A DNA stretch of 64,000 nt from assembly GCA_945865925.1 (NCBI GenBank), contig CAMBFG010000006.1, forward strand, positions 64,760 through 128,759. Direction: 5' to 3'. Positions 28,059 through 38,526 of the stretch are shown in pieces. A model generated the notes under the pieces. That model was not told the DNA's origin. It was given only the letters and a program-made list of their open reading frames with translations, and made no database searches. Position numbers and translations under genes: made by a program. Each line of letters begins with the position of its first letter. The first letter of the stretch is position 1. Source of the DNA: Dehalococcoides mccartyi (GTDB lineage Bacteria; Chloroflexota; Dehalococcoidia; UBA2979).

Positions 28059-29849
28059 TCAGGCGGGCGTAGAGCCGAATTGGCGGGCGGCCGTCTCGGC
28101 TACCTCGATCGTGAGGCCGCCGATCAGCGCCTGGCGCTGCGCGACCACGGCGGCGACCACCTCGGCGCGCGCGACCTGCGAGGACTCTCCGCCGTCGCGG
28201 ATCTTCAGTTCGACAATGCCAGCGGCGAAGTTCCGGCTCGACACGGTCAGACGGAGCGGGACGCCGATCAGGTCGGCGTCGTTGAACTTCACGCCCGGTC
28301 GCTCGTCGCGGTCATCGAAGATCACGTCGAGGCCCGCCTCGTGTAGCGCGTCGTAGAGGGCGTCCGCGTCCGCGCGGGCCGCCTCGTCGCGGTCGAGTCC
28401 GATGCCGACCATGTGGACGTCATACGGCGCGATCGAGGCGGGCCACGCGAGGCCAGCGTCGTCGCGATGCACCTCGGCGGCGGCGGCGATGATCCGCTCG
28501 ACGCCGATGCCGTAGCAGCCCATCGTCGGGGTGAGTTGCGCGCCCTGCGCGTCCTGCACCGAGACGCTCATCGAGGTGGTGTAGACGTACTGTAGCCGGA
28601 ACACGTGGCCCATCTCGATGCCGCGCGTGGAGCCGAGGGTGCCCTGGCCACACTGCGCGCACATGTGGCCGACCTGCGCCGTCGCGATGTCCGCGACCAC
28701 CTCGGCCTGCCAGTCACGGCCGATGTTCACGTTGCGTTTGTGCCAGCCGGCGCGGTTCGCGCCCGCCACCAGGTTCGGCGATTCCGCCACCGAGGTGTCG
28801 GCGATCACCCGCACGCCCGCGCGCACCCCGATCGGCGAGGCGTATCCGGCGACCAGCCCGTACTCGGCGACCTCCGCGTCCACCATCGGCCGCAGTTCCG
28901 CACCGCCGAGGGCGTTCGTCAGTTTGATCTCGTTGACCTCAAGGTCGCCGCGCACCACAGCGAAGACTGGCTTGCCGCTGCGCTCGCCCTTCTGAGTGGC
29001 CATGTAGAACACGGCCTTCGCGGTTTGCTTCGCCTCGATGCCGAGGAACTTCGCGAGGTCGGTGATCGAGGTGACACCGGGCGTCTCGACGTCCTCGATG
29101 GCGGCGGGCTCACCGGCGACGGCAGCGGGACGGATGAAGGCGGCCTTCTCCGTGTTGGCGGCGTAGGTGCAGTGGTCGCAGAACACCACCGTGTCCTCGC
29201 CCGTCTCCGTCGGGAAGATGAACTCCTGCGAGCCCTTGCCGCCGATGGCGCCCGAGTCGGCCTCGACCGGCAGCGTCGGAATACCGCAGCGCGCGAAGAT
29301 GCGGCGGTACGCCTCGAACATCGCGGCGTAGGACGCGTCGAGGCCGGCGTCGTCCGCATCGAAGGAGTAAGCGTCCTTCATCGTGAACTCGCGGACGCGT
29401 ACCAGGCCGCCGCGGGGGCGGGCCTCGTCGCGGAACTTCGTCTGGATCTGGTACAGCGTGACGGGAAGGTCGCGGTAGGAGAACGCGTGGTCCTTGAAGA
29501 GGCGGGTGATCACCTCTTCATGCGTGGGGCCGAGGGCCATGCCGCGCTCACGGCGGTCGGACAGCTGGAAGAGCACGTCGCCCATCTGAGCCTTGCGGCC
29601 GGTGGCCTCCCACAACTCGATCGGCTGAATCGCCGGGAGGTGAACCTCCTGCGCGCCCGCGCGGTCCATCTCCTCGCGGACGACCTGCTCCACCTTCAGC
29701 TTCACGCGCTGCCCCAGCGGCAGGAAGGAGTAGACCCCCGACATCAACTGGTCGATGTACCCGCCGCGCAGCAACAGCGCGTGCGAAGCCGTCTCGGCGT
29801 CGCCGGGCATCTCCCGCAGGGTGCGTCCAAACATCCGTGACATGCGCAT
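28059..29849 (-). CDS. proS: Prolyl-tRNA synthetase (with editing insertion)
   Basis: LGPTHEE, FRDE.RPR.GL.R.REF.MKD, GCYGIG..R, DDR..RPG.KF.DAD. Confidence 0.97.
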   Translation of the reverse strand: MRMSRMFGRTLREMPGDAETASHALLLRGGYIDQLMSGVYSFLPLGQRVKLKVEQVVREEMDRAGAQEVHLPAIQPIELWEATGRKAQMGDVLFQLSDRRERGMALGPTHEEVITRLFKDHAFSYRDLPVTLYQIQTKFRDEARPRGGLVRVREFTMKDAYSFDADDAGLDASYAAMFEAYRRIFARCGIPTLPVEADSGAIGGKGSQEFIFPTETGEDTVVFCDHCTYAANTEKAAFIRPAAVAGEPAAIEDVETPGVTSITDLAKFLGIEAKQTAKAVFYMATQKGERSGKPVFAVVRGDLEVNEIKLTNALGGAELRPMVDAEVAEYGLVAGYASPIGVRAGVRVIADTSVAESPNLVAGANRAGWHKRNVNIGRDWQAEVVADIATAQVGHMCAQCGQGTLGSTRGIEMGHVFRLQYVYTTSMSVSVQDAQGAQLTPTMGCYGIGVERIIAAAAEVHRDDAGLAWPASIAPYDVHMVGIGLDRDEAARADADALYDALHEAGLDVIFDDRDERPGVKFNDADLIGVPLRLTVSSRNFAAGIVELKIRDGGESSQVARAEVVAAVVAQRQALIGGLTIEVAETAARQFGSTPA

Positions 29850-29945
29850 GAGGCGAGTCTACGAGGTGTACGCCCTACTTGCCCGCCCACCGCCCGTGCC
29901 ACATCGACCCTGCTGAGGCCTCACGCGCGCTCTACGATGCCGCCC

Positions 29946-31220
29946 ATGCCTGAGATCGTCATCGACCAGCAGACTGCCCGCCGCTTCATCCTCGGGAAGC
30001 AGGGGCTGTGGCCGGGCCGCCGCTGGGCAGGACGAGCCGGGACGCGCGCGGCCGCGAGGGCTGTCGAGCATCTTCAACTCGACCCGCTCGTGATCGTGGC
30101 GCGCAGTCACGACCTGATGCTGCACAGCCGCGTCGCGGACTACCGCCCTGAGCACTTCGACCACCTCGCCTACCGGCGGCGGGAGTTCTTCGACTGGGGC
30201 GGGTGGCTCGCCGTCCGTCCGATGTCGGAACTGCCGTACTGGCGCACGCTGATGCACCGCAACCGACAGCACCACCCCGAACTCGGGCGGAACGCGAAGA
30301 CCTACGCGGGCGCCATCGAGGAGGTGCGCACCGCCCTCCGCGAGCGCGGCACTGTTTCCGGCCGCGACTTCGCCGCCATCGATCGCGAGGCCGTCACGAG
30401 TTACCGAGGCAGCAAAGACACCTCGGTCGCCCTCTACTACCTCTGGCGCACCGGGGAGGCTATGACCCATCACCGTGACGGGTTCGAGCGTGTCTACGCG
30501 CTGACCGAGGCGATTGCGCCCGCGCATCTGCTCGAACCGGTCAGTGAGGCTGAAGCGGACCGCTTCCACGCGCGCAAACTCGTCGCCTACCAGGGCATCG
30601 GCCGCGTCTCGGCGCTCTCCGGCTGGCTCTCGAAGCGTGTCACCGCCACCGAGCAGCGGGCGATCGAGCGCGACCTCGTCGACTCCGGCGAGATCGTCCC
30701 GGTCACGGTCGAGGGCTGGCGGGGCGCACACTATGCCCTCGCGAGCGACGTCCGCCTGCTGCGCGAGGTCGCGCGAGGCGGCGTCCCCACGAAGTGGCGT
30801 CCCCTCGACACCTCCACCGACGACGAGGTCGCGCTCCTCTCGCCGCTCGACCCGGTCAGCGCTCGCGGCCGCGCGAAGACCCTGTTCGACTTCGACTACA
30901 AGTGGGAGATCTATCACCGCGCGGAGGACATGCGTTTCGGCCGCTACACGATGCCGATCCTCTGGGGCGACCGCCTCGTCGGCCGCCTCGATCCGAAACT
31001 CGACCGCGCCTCCGCAACCCTCGTCATCAACAACGTCTGGTTCGAGGACGCCGCGACCGGGCGGGACGAGGCGTTCCTCGAGGCGTTGGCACTCGGCGTG
31101 CGACGGCTGATGACATTCCTCGAAGTCGAGCGCGTGGACGCCTCGGGCGTCACGAGCAAGGCGGTGCGCACAGCCCTCGCGTCGCTCAACCCGTCGAGGG
31201 CGCGCAGAGCGCCGGCCTAG
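29946..31220 (+). CDS. YcaQ/AlkZ-like winged-helix DNA glycosylase
   Basis: LQLDP...VARSH (QxD), LSPLDP, F.FDY.WEIY, RFG.Y, GRLD.K. Confidence 0.88.
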   Translation: MPEIVIDQQTARRFILGKQGLWPGRRWAGRAGTRAAARAVEHLQLDPLVIVARSHDLMLHSRVADYRPEHFDHLAYRRREFFDWGGWLAVRPMSELPYWRTLMHRNRQHHPELGRNAKTYAGAIEEVRTALRERGTVSGRDFAAIDREAVTSYRGSKDTSVALYYLWRTGEAMTHHRDGFERVYALTEAIAPAHLLEPVSEAEADRFHARKLVAYQGIGRVSALSGWLSKRVTATEQRAIERDLVDSGEIVPVTVEGWRGAHYALASDVRLLREVARGGVPTKWRPLDTSTDDEVALLSPLDPVSARGRAKTLFDFDYKWEIYHRAEDMRFGRYTMPILWGDRLVGRLDPKLDRASATLVINNVWFEDAATGRDEAFLEALALGVRRLMTFLEVERVDASGVTSKAVRTALASLNPSRARRAPA

Positions 31221-31513
31221 CCCAGCGGAACCGCCTCGAAGTGCTCGACCACGGGGAACGGGTCGTAGAAGTGGTGGAGCAGAGCGCGCCAGCGCTGGTA
31301 CTCCGGCGAGCCGCGGAAGCCGACCGTGTGCGCCTCGAGCGTCTCCCAACGCACCAGCAGCAGGTACCGCCCGGGCGCCTCGATGCAGCGCTGCAGCTCA
31401 TGCCCGAGGTACCCGGGCATCGAGGCGATGATCGGGGAGGCCTCGTGGAACGCCGCCTCGAACTCCGCCTCGCGCCCAGCGATCACTGGCAACACCGCCG
31501 CTTCGAGGATCAT
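31217..31513 (-). CDS. Antibiotic biosynthesis monooxygenase (ABM) family protein
   Basis: MILE.A.L, W.TLEAH..GFR.S..Y..W. Confidence 0.88.
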   Translation of the reverse strand: MILEAAVLPVIAGREAEFEAAFHEASPIIASMPGYLGHELQRCIEAPGRYLLLVRWETLEAHTVGFRGSPEYQRWRALLHHFYDPFPVVEHFEAVPLG

Positions 31514-31857
31514 CGGGACGCCTCCCATTCAGCGATCTGCTTCTTCGTCGCGGCGGCACGCCACGCGTCCTCGATCAGTTCCTCCAGCACAGCGCGCTTG
31601 ACCGCCTTCAGCCGTACGAGGACGGATGGCCAGTCGCGGTAGTGGTCGGTGAAGAAGAAGACCTTCGGCTGCTCGGCACACAGCACGTCGCGCGCCTCGA
31701 TCGGCATCCACAGCACGATCACGTCCGGTTCGGGCCGCGAGTAGACGATGCCGCGCTTCTTGGTACGGAAGGCCGGTCGTCCCTCGAACGATGCGCGCTC
31801 CTCGACCCCCGGGAACCCGAGGGCGATCGCACGCACTTGCTCGAATGTGACCGCCAT
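31510..31857 (-). CDS. MmcQ/YjbR family protein
   Basis: IALGFPGVEE, F.TDHY..WP.VLVRL, EDAW. Confidence 0.82.
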   Translation of the reverse strand: MAVTFEQVRAIALGFPGVEERASFEGRPAFRTKKRGIVYSRPEPDVIVLWMPIEARDVLCAEQPKVFFFTDHYRDWPSVLVRLKAVKRAVLEELIEDAWRAAATKKQIAEWEASR

Positions 31858-32804
31858 CAGGCGACCTCCACGATCCCTGCCGTTGCGAGGACATCGATGG
31901 CGCGGGCGACGTCGTCGTCGGGCTCGACCTGGTCGATCTCGAAGGTACGCTGAGCGCGCGGGTTCGCTTCCGCGATGCGCGCCGCGAGCCACGCGAAGTC
32001 GACGTCGCCGTTGCCCGGCGCGCGGTGGTCGAGCAGGCCTCGCACGTCGTGCAGGTGCAGTTCCACCAGTCGAGGGCCCACGAGGTCCCACCAGGCGGAG
32101 CGGTCGGTGACGCCGAGCCGGTGGTGGACCTCGGCGTGGCCGACGTCGTGGACGTACCCCACGACCTCGGGCGGGTAGAGGGCGAACAGGTCAGCGGCCT
32201 CATGGGGCAGCGGGATTTCGTGGTAGTTGAGGCGCGTCTCGATGCCGAGGGTGATGCCGCGCCGGCTCGCCTCCTCCGCCATCGTCGCGAGGCTGCGGCG
32301 TGCGGCCTCGAGGGACGGCGGAGCAATCGCGGCGCGCTCGCGGACGGTCTCGTCGATGGCGGCGGCCCACTCGTCGCGCAGCACCTCGCGACGGTCGTAC
32401 ATCGAGCGCAGGCGGCGCTCGCCCGCCAGCAGCCGCTTCCCCACCCCGCCGAGGTGGACGACGACGATCGGCGCTCCCGCGTCGGCAGCGAGCGCGATCG
32501 AGCGCAGGTGGAAGTCCACCGCGAGCCCGCGCTCCACCTCGTCCGTCGCACCGAGGTTCAGTTCGCGGTTCCAACCCGCCGAGGGGTGCCGTTCCAGCGG
32601 TGCCGGCGCGTGGACGCCCGTCACCGGCAGCGACCCGTACCCGAGGATCGCCCCTGCCTGTTCCGCCGTCATCGAGTGGTTGATCTCGACGCCGCGGTAG
32701 CCGAGTTCTCCGGCGCGCTCCATGAACGCGCCCAGCGAGCGCTCAAAGCGCGGCTGGACGGCCCACATCGTGGAGAGCGAGGGAAGGAGGGGGTTGATCG
32801 CCAT
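31857..32804 (-). CDS. Sugar-phosphate isomerase/epimerase TIM-barrel protein
   Basis: VVHLG, LGIETR, HDVGH, HLHD, DH.APG.G.VDF. Confidence 0.85.
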   Translation of the reverse strand: MAINPLLPSLSTMWAVQPRFERSLGAFMERAGELGYRGVEINHSMTAEQAGAILGYGSLPVTGVHAPAPLERHPSAGWNRELNLGATDEVERGLAVDFHLRSIALAADAGAPIVVVHLGGVGKRLLAGERRLRSMYDRREVLRDEWAAAIDETVRERAAIAPPSLEAARRSLATMAEEASRRGITLGIETRLNYHEIPLPHEAADLFALYPPEVVGYVHDVGHAEVHHRLGVTDRSAWWDLVGPRLVELHLHDVRGLLDHRAPGNGDVDFAWLAARIAEANPRAQRTFEIDQVEPDDDVARAIDVLATAGIVEVA

Positions 32805-32872
32805 GGCGCGATCCTCGCGCGCGCGCGGTCGAGACGCTAGCGGCAGATGGCACAGCCCTTGGCAGCGGCAGC

Positions 32873-34060
32873 CTAGTCCACGCCGACGAGGAAGCAGCCC
32901 CAGTTTGGGCCAGCGGAGGCCTCGATCGCCCAGTTTCCCGCCCGGGGAAGCCCGAATGAGGATGTTGCGTAGAAGACGGCCGAGTCCCCCGAGACCCACG
33001 CAGGACTCACGTACGTGTAGGTGTGAGTGGGTGCATCCAGAAGCGTCGCTCGAAGAATCAGCGGAATAGGTTTCCCGTCCGATGCTGGCTTATGAAGCGG
33101 AACCCATGCGGTCTTGGCCTGTGCCTTCATTGGATCCCAGTCCGCGGCGTAGCCCATTGGGTCGAACACCCACTCGCCGGAGCGAGCGTGCGAGTTGCCT
33201 CCGGCTGTGCAGCGTCGATCAGATCCACCCTGGAGGAAGGGGCGATCAAACGACGAGGGACGGATCGTTGGCTCTGATGTCGGAGGAACCATTCCCGCTC
33301 GCATTTCGATGGATGGGATCGTCGTACCGCGCGGAGCCTTTACCTCACCGATGGTGACCAGGAAGCAACCCCATAAACCATTCGAAGTGACCACCACTGC
33401 CCAGGGTCCCACTCGCGGCAACTCGACGGGTACGCGGACCGCAAGATCGGACTGACGAATCTCGCTCCGCGACCGGTCGATCTCGGTGACGTGAGTGGCG
33501 TCCGATCCATCGAGCAGCTTGGCACGGAGGAGAATCGGCGGAGTCGGGGAGCGAAACGACGTTTGATCTGCAGGGACGAGGAGCCAATCACCAGTTGACG
33601 CTTCCTGGGAGCGGTCGAGCACCCAGTCCCGCGATCGCATCGGCCCATCGATGTTGGCGTCTATGCATGTGGTCGATGAGCGCACCGACTTGTCGAAGAC
33701 CTGAGGTAGCACACCGCGATAACCGAGTTCTCCGAGCCAACGACTATCTTCTGTCTGCGCTTGATCGAGGCTTGGTGGGGGAATCCTCGTGATCTCATTT
33801 CGAGCGCCGCCGTCGTTTCTCGTACTGTTCTCAAGCCGTACGGAGGCCAGCGGCACGACGGTATACAGCGATTGAAGTGAGGGCTGAGGCCGCGCGGTTG
33901 CCGTGGGAACTGGACCCGACGGCGACGTCAGTTCCCTCGCGGGGCTGGACGTGCAGGCCAAGAGGATTGCGGCCCACACCGTCAAGACGGTCGTGACGTA
34001 TCGCTGTCGGAATGGCGACTGTCGAGAAGCCCACGCCAACGGAGATTTCCCGTCGCTCAC
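32873..34060 (-). CDS. Accessory lipoprotein with two tandem copies of a Cys-bounded beta domain
   Basis: Lipobox ILLAC; repeats C..RS..WV.D..LRA.LLD..LPR.G.W..WGCFLV; AT-richer than flanks. Confidence 0.75.
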   Translation of the reverse strand: MSDGKSPLAWASRQSPFRQRYVTTVLTVWAAILLACTSSPARELTSPSGPVPTATARPQPSLQSLYTVVPLASVRLENSTRNDGGARNEITRIPPPSLDQAQTEDSRWLGELGYRGVLPQVFDKSVRSSTTCIDANIDGPMRSRDWVLDRSQEASTGDWLLVPADQTSFRSPTPPILLRAKLLDGSDATHVTEIDRSRSEIRQSDLAVRVPVELPRVGPWAVVVTSNGLWGCFLVTIGEVKAPRGTTIPSIEMRAGMVPPTSEPTIRPSSFDRPFLQGGSDRRCTAGGNSHARSGEWVFDPMGYAADWDPMKAQAKTAWVPLHKPASDGKPIPLILRATLLDAPTHTYTYVSPAWVSGDSAVFYATSSFGLPRAGNWAIEASAGPNWGCFLVGVD

Positions 34061-34100
34061 GGATCGTCCAGACTCCGAACGTCGTGTCGCTCAGCCGAGC

Positions 34101-35264
34101 CTACGAGGTGGGCGCAAGGCCCTTGGTGGCGATGACGTCGTCCAGCAGCGTGCGCACCTGGCCGAGGACGGTGTCGTAGGGGTAGTGGCCGACGACAGCC
34201 TCGCCGCGCTTCAGGTTCACGCCCAGCGGGCCGCACCACAGGCCGATGTCGGCATCGTCTGTCTCGCCGGGGCCGTTCACGCGGCAGCCCATGATGGCGA
34301 TCGTCACGCGGTACTTCGAGGCGTACTCCGACATCGTCTTCACGTCGCGCGCGAGTTCGATGAACGCCTCGTTCTCCACGCGGGAGCAGGAGGGGCAGGA
34401 GATGATGTTGAGGCCTTCGCCGAAGTTGGCGGGCACGGAACGGAAGCGGCCGTTCGCGATGTCGGTGAGCAATTCGCGCCCGACGGTGATCTCCTGGCCC
34501 TTGTCCTCGAATGGCAGGGTGAGTGAGACACGGATCGTGTCACCGATACCCTCGGCCACCAACTGCTCGAAGGCGATGCGGGTCTTGATGATGCCATCGG
34601 GGGGCATCCCCGCCTCGGTCACGCCGAGGTGCAACGGGACGTCCGGGCGCTGCGAGGAGAAGCGGCGGTTGCCCTCCACGACCTTGCGCCAGTCGGAGTC
34701 CTTCAGCGACACCACGAAGCGCTGGAAGCCGAGGTCATCGAGCATCTGCGCGTGTTCGAGGGCGCTCTCCACCATCGCGCCCACATCGTCATGGCCGAAC
34801 TTGGCGGTCTTCTCCGGGTCGACGGAGCCGCAGTTCACGCCCACGCGCAGCGCGATGTCGTGCTTCGCCGCTACGTCCGCGATGAAGGCGACCTTGTCGC
34901 GCACGCTCTTTTCGCGCTCGTGGTGGTGCAGGTGGCCGGGGTTGTAGCGGACTTTGTCGACAAGCGGAGCCACGAGGGCGGCCAGCCGGTAGTTCTCCTG
35001 CAGGTCGACGGAGAGCGTCGCGCCGAGTTCGCGCGTCTGTGCGCGGATCTCCGCGAGTGCCTCGACATCCTTGCGGCTGTCGATGGCAATGCGGATGACG
35101 TCGGCGCCCGCGGCGTGGATCAGGCGCACCTGCCGCACGGTGGCCTCGATGTCCTGGGTGCGGGTAGCCGCCATCGACTGCACGGCGATGGGCGCGCCGC
35201 CGCCGATCTGCGTCTGGCCGACGCGGACGGCGCGGGTGGGCTTGCGGCGGGCGGTCATCGGCAT
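34101..35264 (-). CDS. ispG: HMBPP synthase
   Basis: [47 protein letters not shown]. Confidence 0.96.
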   Translation of the reverse strand: MPMTARRKPTRAVRVGQTQIGGGAPIAVQSMAATRTQDIEATVRQVRLIHAAGADVIRIAIDSRKDVEALAEIRAQTRELGATLSVDLQENYRLAALVAPLVDKVRYNPGHLHHHEREKSVRDKVAFIADVAAKHDIALRVGVNCGSVDPEKTAKFGHDDVGAMVESALEHAQMLDDLGFQRFVVSLKDSDWRKVVEGNRRFSSQRPDVPLHLGVTEAGMPPDGIIKTRIAFEQLVAEGIGDTIRVSLTLPFEDKGQEITVGRELLTDIANGRFRSVPANFGEGLNIISCPSCSRVENEAFIELARDVKTMSEYASKYRVTIAIMGCRVNGPGETDDADIGLWCGPLGVNLKRGEAVVGHYPYDTVLGQVRTLLDDVIATKGLAPTS

Positions 35265-35321
35265 CGAGGGCTCCCAGCGTGTGAGGTCGAGCGCGTCAGG
35301 CTCAGGGTAGCGCGCCGCACG

Positions 35322-36548
35322 CTAGCCACCGTCAACGATGCGTGAGATGTCCGCGAACGTGACGACGATGGCGAGCAGCAGGAACGCGGCCATCCCCACG
35401 AGGTGGACCAGCGCTTCCCGCTCCGGCCGGATCTTCCGCCCGCGTCGGACGACCTCGATGAGGACGAAGAGGACGCGACCGCCGTCCAGCATGGGGAGCG
35501 GTAGCAGGTTCAGGATGCCGAGGTTGATCGACAGCAGCGCGGCCAGTTCCAGCAGCGGCGAAATGGCGCCCGCCGTGGTCTCCGAGGAGCGGGCGACCTC
35601 GCCCGTGGTCTGGGCGATGCCGACGGGGCCCTGGAACTGCGGGCGCGTCGTCCCCTTCACCCAGCCCACGATCTCGTTGCGGGCGAGGATCAGCGTCTGC
35701 CACGTGAGTACGGCGCCATTCGGGATCGCCTCCCACGGTGGCTGCGAGACGGTCACGGTGTACGGGCGGCCGTCCACGGGGTTCACGGACTCGGGGGCGA
35801 TCGAAATCCCCGTCGGCCCCTGACCCTCGGGCGGGGCCCAGCGGGCGTACACCGGCACAGTGACGCGCTCACCGGCGCGGCGCACGACGACGTCCACCGT
35901 CTTGCCCTGATAGATGCGCACGAGGCGGCTCGCTTCGGCGAGGTTCTTCGTGTCGTACGAGCCGACGCGGAGGATCACGTCGCCCTCGCGCAGTCCCGCG
36001 GCCGCGGCCGGACTGTCGGCGGCCACGGCGGTGATGCGCGCCTGCCCCTCGTCTTCCTGGTGCGGGATCATCAGTGCGGCTGAGAGCAGCACCACCGGAA
36101 GGATGAGGTTGATGAGGGCGCCCGAGGTCAGGATGATCAGCCGCTGCCAGCGTGGTTTCGCTGCGAGCGAGCGCGGGCTCGCGGCGTTCTCCTCGCCCTC
36201 GAGGCGGACGTAGCCGCCGAGCGGGAGCCAGTTCACGGCGTATTCGGTCTCCCCGATCCGCTTCGCGAAGATGCGCGGCGGGAAGCCGAAGGCGAACTCG
36301 TGGACGCGGACGCCGAAGGCCTTCGCGGTGAAGAAGTGGCCCGCTTCGTGGACCATGACGACGCCGAGCATGATCGCGAGGAACAGCACCGCGCTGGTCA
36401 TCGCGTCCCGCGCCATCACGAATCCGATGACGAATCCGACCAGGACGATCGCTGCGGTGATCCACGTCTGCATCGGGGGGCGACCGCCGGTCATCGGAGC
36501 GTCGCTCGCAGCTTCGGCCGAGGCGCCGTCGCGCCATTCGTCACGCAT
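35322..36548 (-). CDS. rseP: Site-2 protease RseP (M50, PDZ)
   Basis: HEAGH, PLGGYV, PDZ, NLLPLPMLDGG; start uncertain. Confidence 0.93.
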   Translation of the reverse strand: MRDEWRDGASAEAASDAPMTGGRPPMQTWITAAIVLVGFVIGFVMARDAMTSAVLFLAIMLGVVMVHEAGHFFTAKAFGVRVHEFAFGFPPRIFAKRIGETEYAVNWLPLGGYVRLEGEENAASPRSLAAKPRWQRLIILTSGALINLILPVVLLSAALMIPHQEDEGQARITAVAADSPAAAAGLREGDVILRVGSYDTKNLAEASRLVRIYQGKTVDVVVRRAGERVTVPVYARWAPPEGQGPTGISIAPESVNPVDGRPYTVTVSQPPWEAIPNGAVLTWQTLILARNEIVGWVKGTTRPQFQGPVGIAQTTGEVARSSETTAGAISPLLELAALLSINLGILNLLPLPMLDGGRVLFVLIEVVRRGRKIRPEREALVHLVGMAAFLLLAIVVTFADISRIVDGG

Positions 36549-37699
36549 CAGCGCACCCCCGCCGCAACACGGCTATCCACGAACTGTCGTCCCCACGCTT
36601 CGGCGGCGAGCAGCGCTTCGAGGTCCTCGGTGCGCTGTGCCCGGTGGGCGTCGAGGGATTCGGCGAGCAGGCGGGCGATCTCGGTGAAGCGGATGCGGCC
36701 CGCGAGGAAGTGCGCGACCGCGGACTCGTCCGCGCCGGAGACGGCGGCGGCGGAGGTGTCATCGCGTCGCCCGGCCTCGATGGCGATGCCCAGCGCGGGG
36801 AAGCGGGCCGCATCGACGGTGCCGAACGTGAGGCTGCCGCGCTTCGCGAGGTCGAGGTCCGGCACTGGCTTCGCGGCGCCTCGGTCGGGGTAGGTGAGCG
36901 CCACCTGGATGGGGAGGCGCATGTCCGGCTCGCCCAACTGCGCCTTCACGGAGCCGTCGCGGAACGTCACCATGCTGTGCACTACGCTCTCGCGATGCTG
37001 CAGGATGTCGATGCGGTCGAGCGGGATGTCGAAGAGCCAGCGCGCCTCAATCGCCTCGAGCCCCTTGTTGAACAGCGTTGCGCTGTCGATCGTGATCTTT
37101 GGGCCCATTTTCCACGTGGGGTGTGCGAGCGCCTGTGCCGCCGTGACGGCGTCGAGGGCAGTCGGGTCGTAGTCCCGGAATGCGCCACCCGAGGCGGTGA
37201 GCGTCAGCCGCTCGACGCTCTCCGGCGCTTCGCCCCAGAGGCACTGCCAGATCGCGGAGTGTTCGGAGTCCACCGGGCGGAGTTCGGCGCCGAGGGCACG
37301 TCCAGCATCGAGGGCGGCACGCACGGCGGGCCCACCGACGACCAGCGTCTCCTTGTTTGCGATGGCGACGCGCTTGCCCGCACGGAGCGCGGCGATGGTC
37401 GCGGGGAGCGCCGCGAGGCCGCTGGTAGCGACGAGGACGACATCGACGTCATCACGGGTGGCCATCACATCGAGCGGCTGCCAGGCGGCGGAGGTTTCGG
37501 CGCGCAGCGCGTCGGAGTCGCGGCCGGGGCGGGCGAAGAGGGCGGCGGGGGAGAACTCGCGTGCCTGGGCGTGCAGCAGGCCCGCGTTGCCGCCGGCCGC
37601 GAGTGCGACCACCTCGAAGGCGTCGGGCAGCGCGCGCACGACATCGAGCGCCTGCTGGCCGACGGAACCGGTGGAGCCGAGGATCGCGAGCCGGATCAT
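36548..37699 (-). CDS. dxr: 1-deoxy-D-xylulose-5-phosphate reductoisomerase
   Basis: LGSTGSVG, ANKE, PVDSEHSA, TASGG, HPTWKMG.KITIDSA. Confidence 0.97.
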   Translation of the reverse strand: MIRLAILGSTGSVGQQALDVVRALPDAFEVVALAAGGNAGLLHAQAREFSPAALFARPGRDSDALRAETSAAWQPLDVMATRDDVDVVLVATSGLAALPATIAALRAGKRVAIANKETLVVGGPAVRAALDAGRALGAELRPVDSEHSAIWQCLWGEAPESVERLTLTASGGAFRDYDPTALDAVTAAQALAHPTWKMGPKITIDSATLFNKGLEAIEARWLFDIPLDRIDILQHRESVVHSMVTFRDGSVKAQLGEPDMRLPIQVALTYPDRGAAKPVPDLDLAKRGSLTFGTVDAARFPALGIAIEAGRRDDTSAAAVSGADESAVAHFLAGRIRFTEIARLLAESLDAHRAQRTEDLEALLAAEAWGRQFVDSRVAAGVR

Positions 37700-37745
37700 G
37701 GCGTGCCTGCGCTCGTTGCGATGGCGTCTGCGCGGAGGTGGGGTG

Positions 37746-38522
37746 CTACAGCCATCGCACAGACCAGTATAGGCAGACGCCGACGATGAGGACCGAATCG
37801 AGGCGATCGAGCAGGCCGCCGTGGCCCGGCAGCCAGCCGGACATGTCCTTCACATCCATCGTTCGTTTGAGCGCGGACTCGAGCAGGTCACCCGTGATCG
37901 CCGCGACCGGTAGCAGCAGCGCCACCGCCGCAGCGGCGTGCCCGAGGCCGAGGTCGAACGACCCGTGCGCGACGACAAAGGCGATCGCACCGAATACGAG
38001 CCCTCCGAGGCCACCCTCCCACGTTTTCTTTGGTGACACGGACGGCCAGAGCAGGTGCTTGCCGAAGAGCCGTCCGACGGCATACGCGCCGGTGTCGGTC
38101 GCGAAGGTGGTGGCGAAGAGCACGATGCACCACGCGCGGCCATCCTCGATGCCTCGCAGCAGGATGACGTGCGCGCCGAGCGGGACGTAGAGCGTCGTGC
38201 CGAGCCACCAGCCGGCGTCCGTGGCGGCAATGCGCCCTCGCGGGTGGAGGAGGAGTGCGAGGGTGATGGCGGCCATCGCGGCGAAGGGGAGCACGGGGAA
38301 GTTCGGCGCAGCGCGCGAGGCGGCGGCGAACAACGCGACGGCTGCGGCAGCGCTCATCGCGTAGGCGGGGGAGCCATCCGGACTCGCGGCGCGGGCCATC
38401 TCGTAGGCGGCGGCGGCGAGGATGAGCGTGACGGCGGCGGCGAAGACCGGCTCGGGAGCGGCAAGGAGGAGGGCGAGGAGCGGGAGCCCGACCGTCGCGA
38501 CCAGCAGGCGCTGACGCAGCAT
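37746..38522 (-). CDS. cdsA: Phosphatidate cytidylyltransferase
   Basis: DTGAY, SPKKTWEG, GDL.ES..KR...VKD....PGHGG.LDR.DS. Confidence 0.95.
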   Translation of the reverse strand: MLRQRLLVATVGLPLLALLLAAPEPVFAAAVTLILAAAAYEMARAASPDGSPAYAMSAAAAVALFAAASRAAPNFPVLPFAAMAAITLALLLHPRGRIAATDAGWWLGTTLYVPLGAHVILLRGIEDGRAWCIVLFATTFATDTGAYAVGRLFGKHLLWPSVSPKKTWEGGLGGLVFGAIAFVVAHGSFDLGLGHAAAAVALLLPVAAITGDLLESALKRTMDVKDMSGWLPGHGGLLDRLDSVLIVGVCLYWSVRWL

Positions 38523-38526
38523 GGTG

